From a virus: a DNA stretch of 64,000 nt. The notes under the pieces are model-generated. The model was not told where the DNA came from and searched no databases. It saw only the letters and a program-made list of their open reading frames with translations. A program made the position numbers and the translations under genes. The stretch lies in the IMG/VR virus record IMGVR_UViG_3300042508_000428. One strand, given 5' to 3'. Every line of letters begins with the position of its first letter. The stretch's first letter is position 1. Positions 63,847 through 64,000 of the stretch are shown piece by piece.

Positions 63847-63874
63847 GCAGGTAAGCAATCTCCAAGAAATCAAG

Positions 63875-63910
63875 TGAAGCCCAGCCTAAAAACTGGGCTT
63901 CATCTTTATT
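63875..63910 (+). terminator. Intrinsic terminator
   Basis: TGAAGCCCAG / CTGGGCTTCA stem followed by TCTTTATT. Confidence 0.7.
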
Positions 63911-63939
63911 AAGAACCTAATTACTCCAGAGGTAAAACA

Positions 63940-64000
63940 ATGAATCTTGAGAAGTTAATTGAAAAACATTTCGCTCCAAAAAAAGGAAACGAATTGTTAA
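63940..64000 (+). CDS. 5' end of next gene, truncated by the window edge
   Basis: GAGG SD, motif variant CCTAATTAC at 63916, MNLEKLIEKHF... Confidence 0.55.
   Translation, partial: MNLEKLIEKHFAPKKGNELL

Noticed and set aside
4655-63873. Many minus-strand or alternate-frame ORFs in the track (e.g. 4655-5126, 12761-13021, 13561-13878, 20007-20414, 62903-63475)
   Set aside because: Shadows of low-complexity or biased + strand genes; no SD or promoter support; all credible genes are on +
1-64000. Bacterial chromosome or prophage interpretation because of dnaE, recA, thyX, rpsU and sod
   Set aside because: These genes are embedded among a complete T4-type head/tail set in one dense co-oriented block with phage-type SSB and helicase; no integrase or attachment site seen
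1-64000. Stop-codon reassignment as seen in some jumbo phages
   Set aside because: Conserved genes are intact under the standard code, and TAA, TAG (12746, 19371, 39278, 60314) and TGA all end genes
1-64000. tRNA, rRNA, CRISPR array, DGR or retron
   Set aside because: Intergenic gaps are short and accounted for by promoters and terminators; no cloverleaf, repeat-spacer array or reverse transcriptase seen by eye (tRNAscan/Infernal not run)

Overview
64 kb segment of a large, AT-rich, T4-related (contractile-tailed) jumbo/huge phage genome. All supported genes are on the + strand and use the standard code with strong Shine-Dalgarno sites. Left half (1-36.5 kb) is the virion block: terminase, portal, tail fibre with S74 chaperone, prohead protease, ribosomal protein bS21, a very acidic scaffold, major capsid, neck, sheath, two tube paralogues, tape measure and baseplate. 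Between capsid and neck genes sits a four-gene cell-envelope cassette (Cys-rich lipoprotein adhesin, OM barrel/OmpA-like protein, beta-propeller lipoprotein, lipid-anchored lytic transglycosylase) of myxobacterial flavour. Right half is replication and nucleotide metabolism: minimal PolA, tubulin/FtsZ-like protein, gp32 SSB, RecA/UvsX, 5' nuclease, gp41-type helicase, class II RNR, ThyX, DnaE, dUTPase, thioredoxin, stand-alone sigma-4 protein. Two promoter classes are visible by eye: sigma70 boxes before replication genes and an ACTATTTA motif about 25-45 nt before virion genes and before late genes scattered among the replication operons. Many of these scattered genes carry N-terminal (L/I)-x-E leaders, and one 923-aa ORF looks like a polyprotein whose modules are each delimited by (L/I)-x-E prohead-protease sites. 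This candidate capsid-cargo/polyprotein system is the most interesting signal. All family calls rest on motif recognition by eye; no searches were run.
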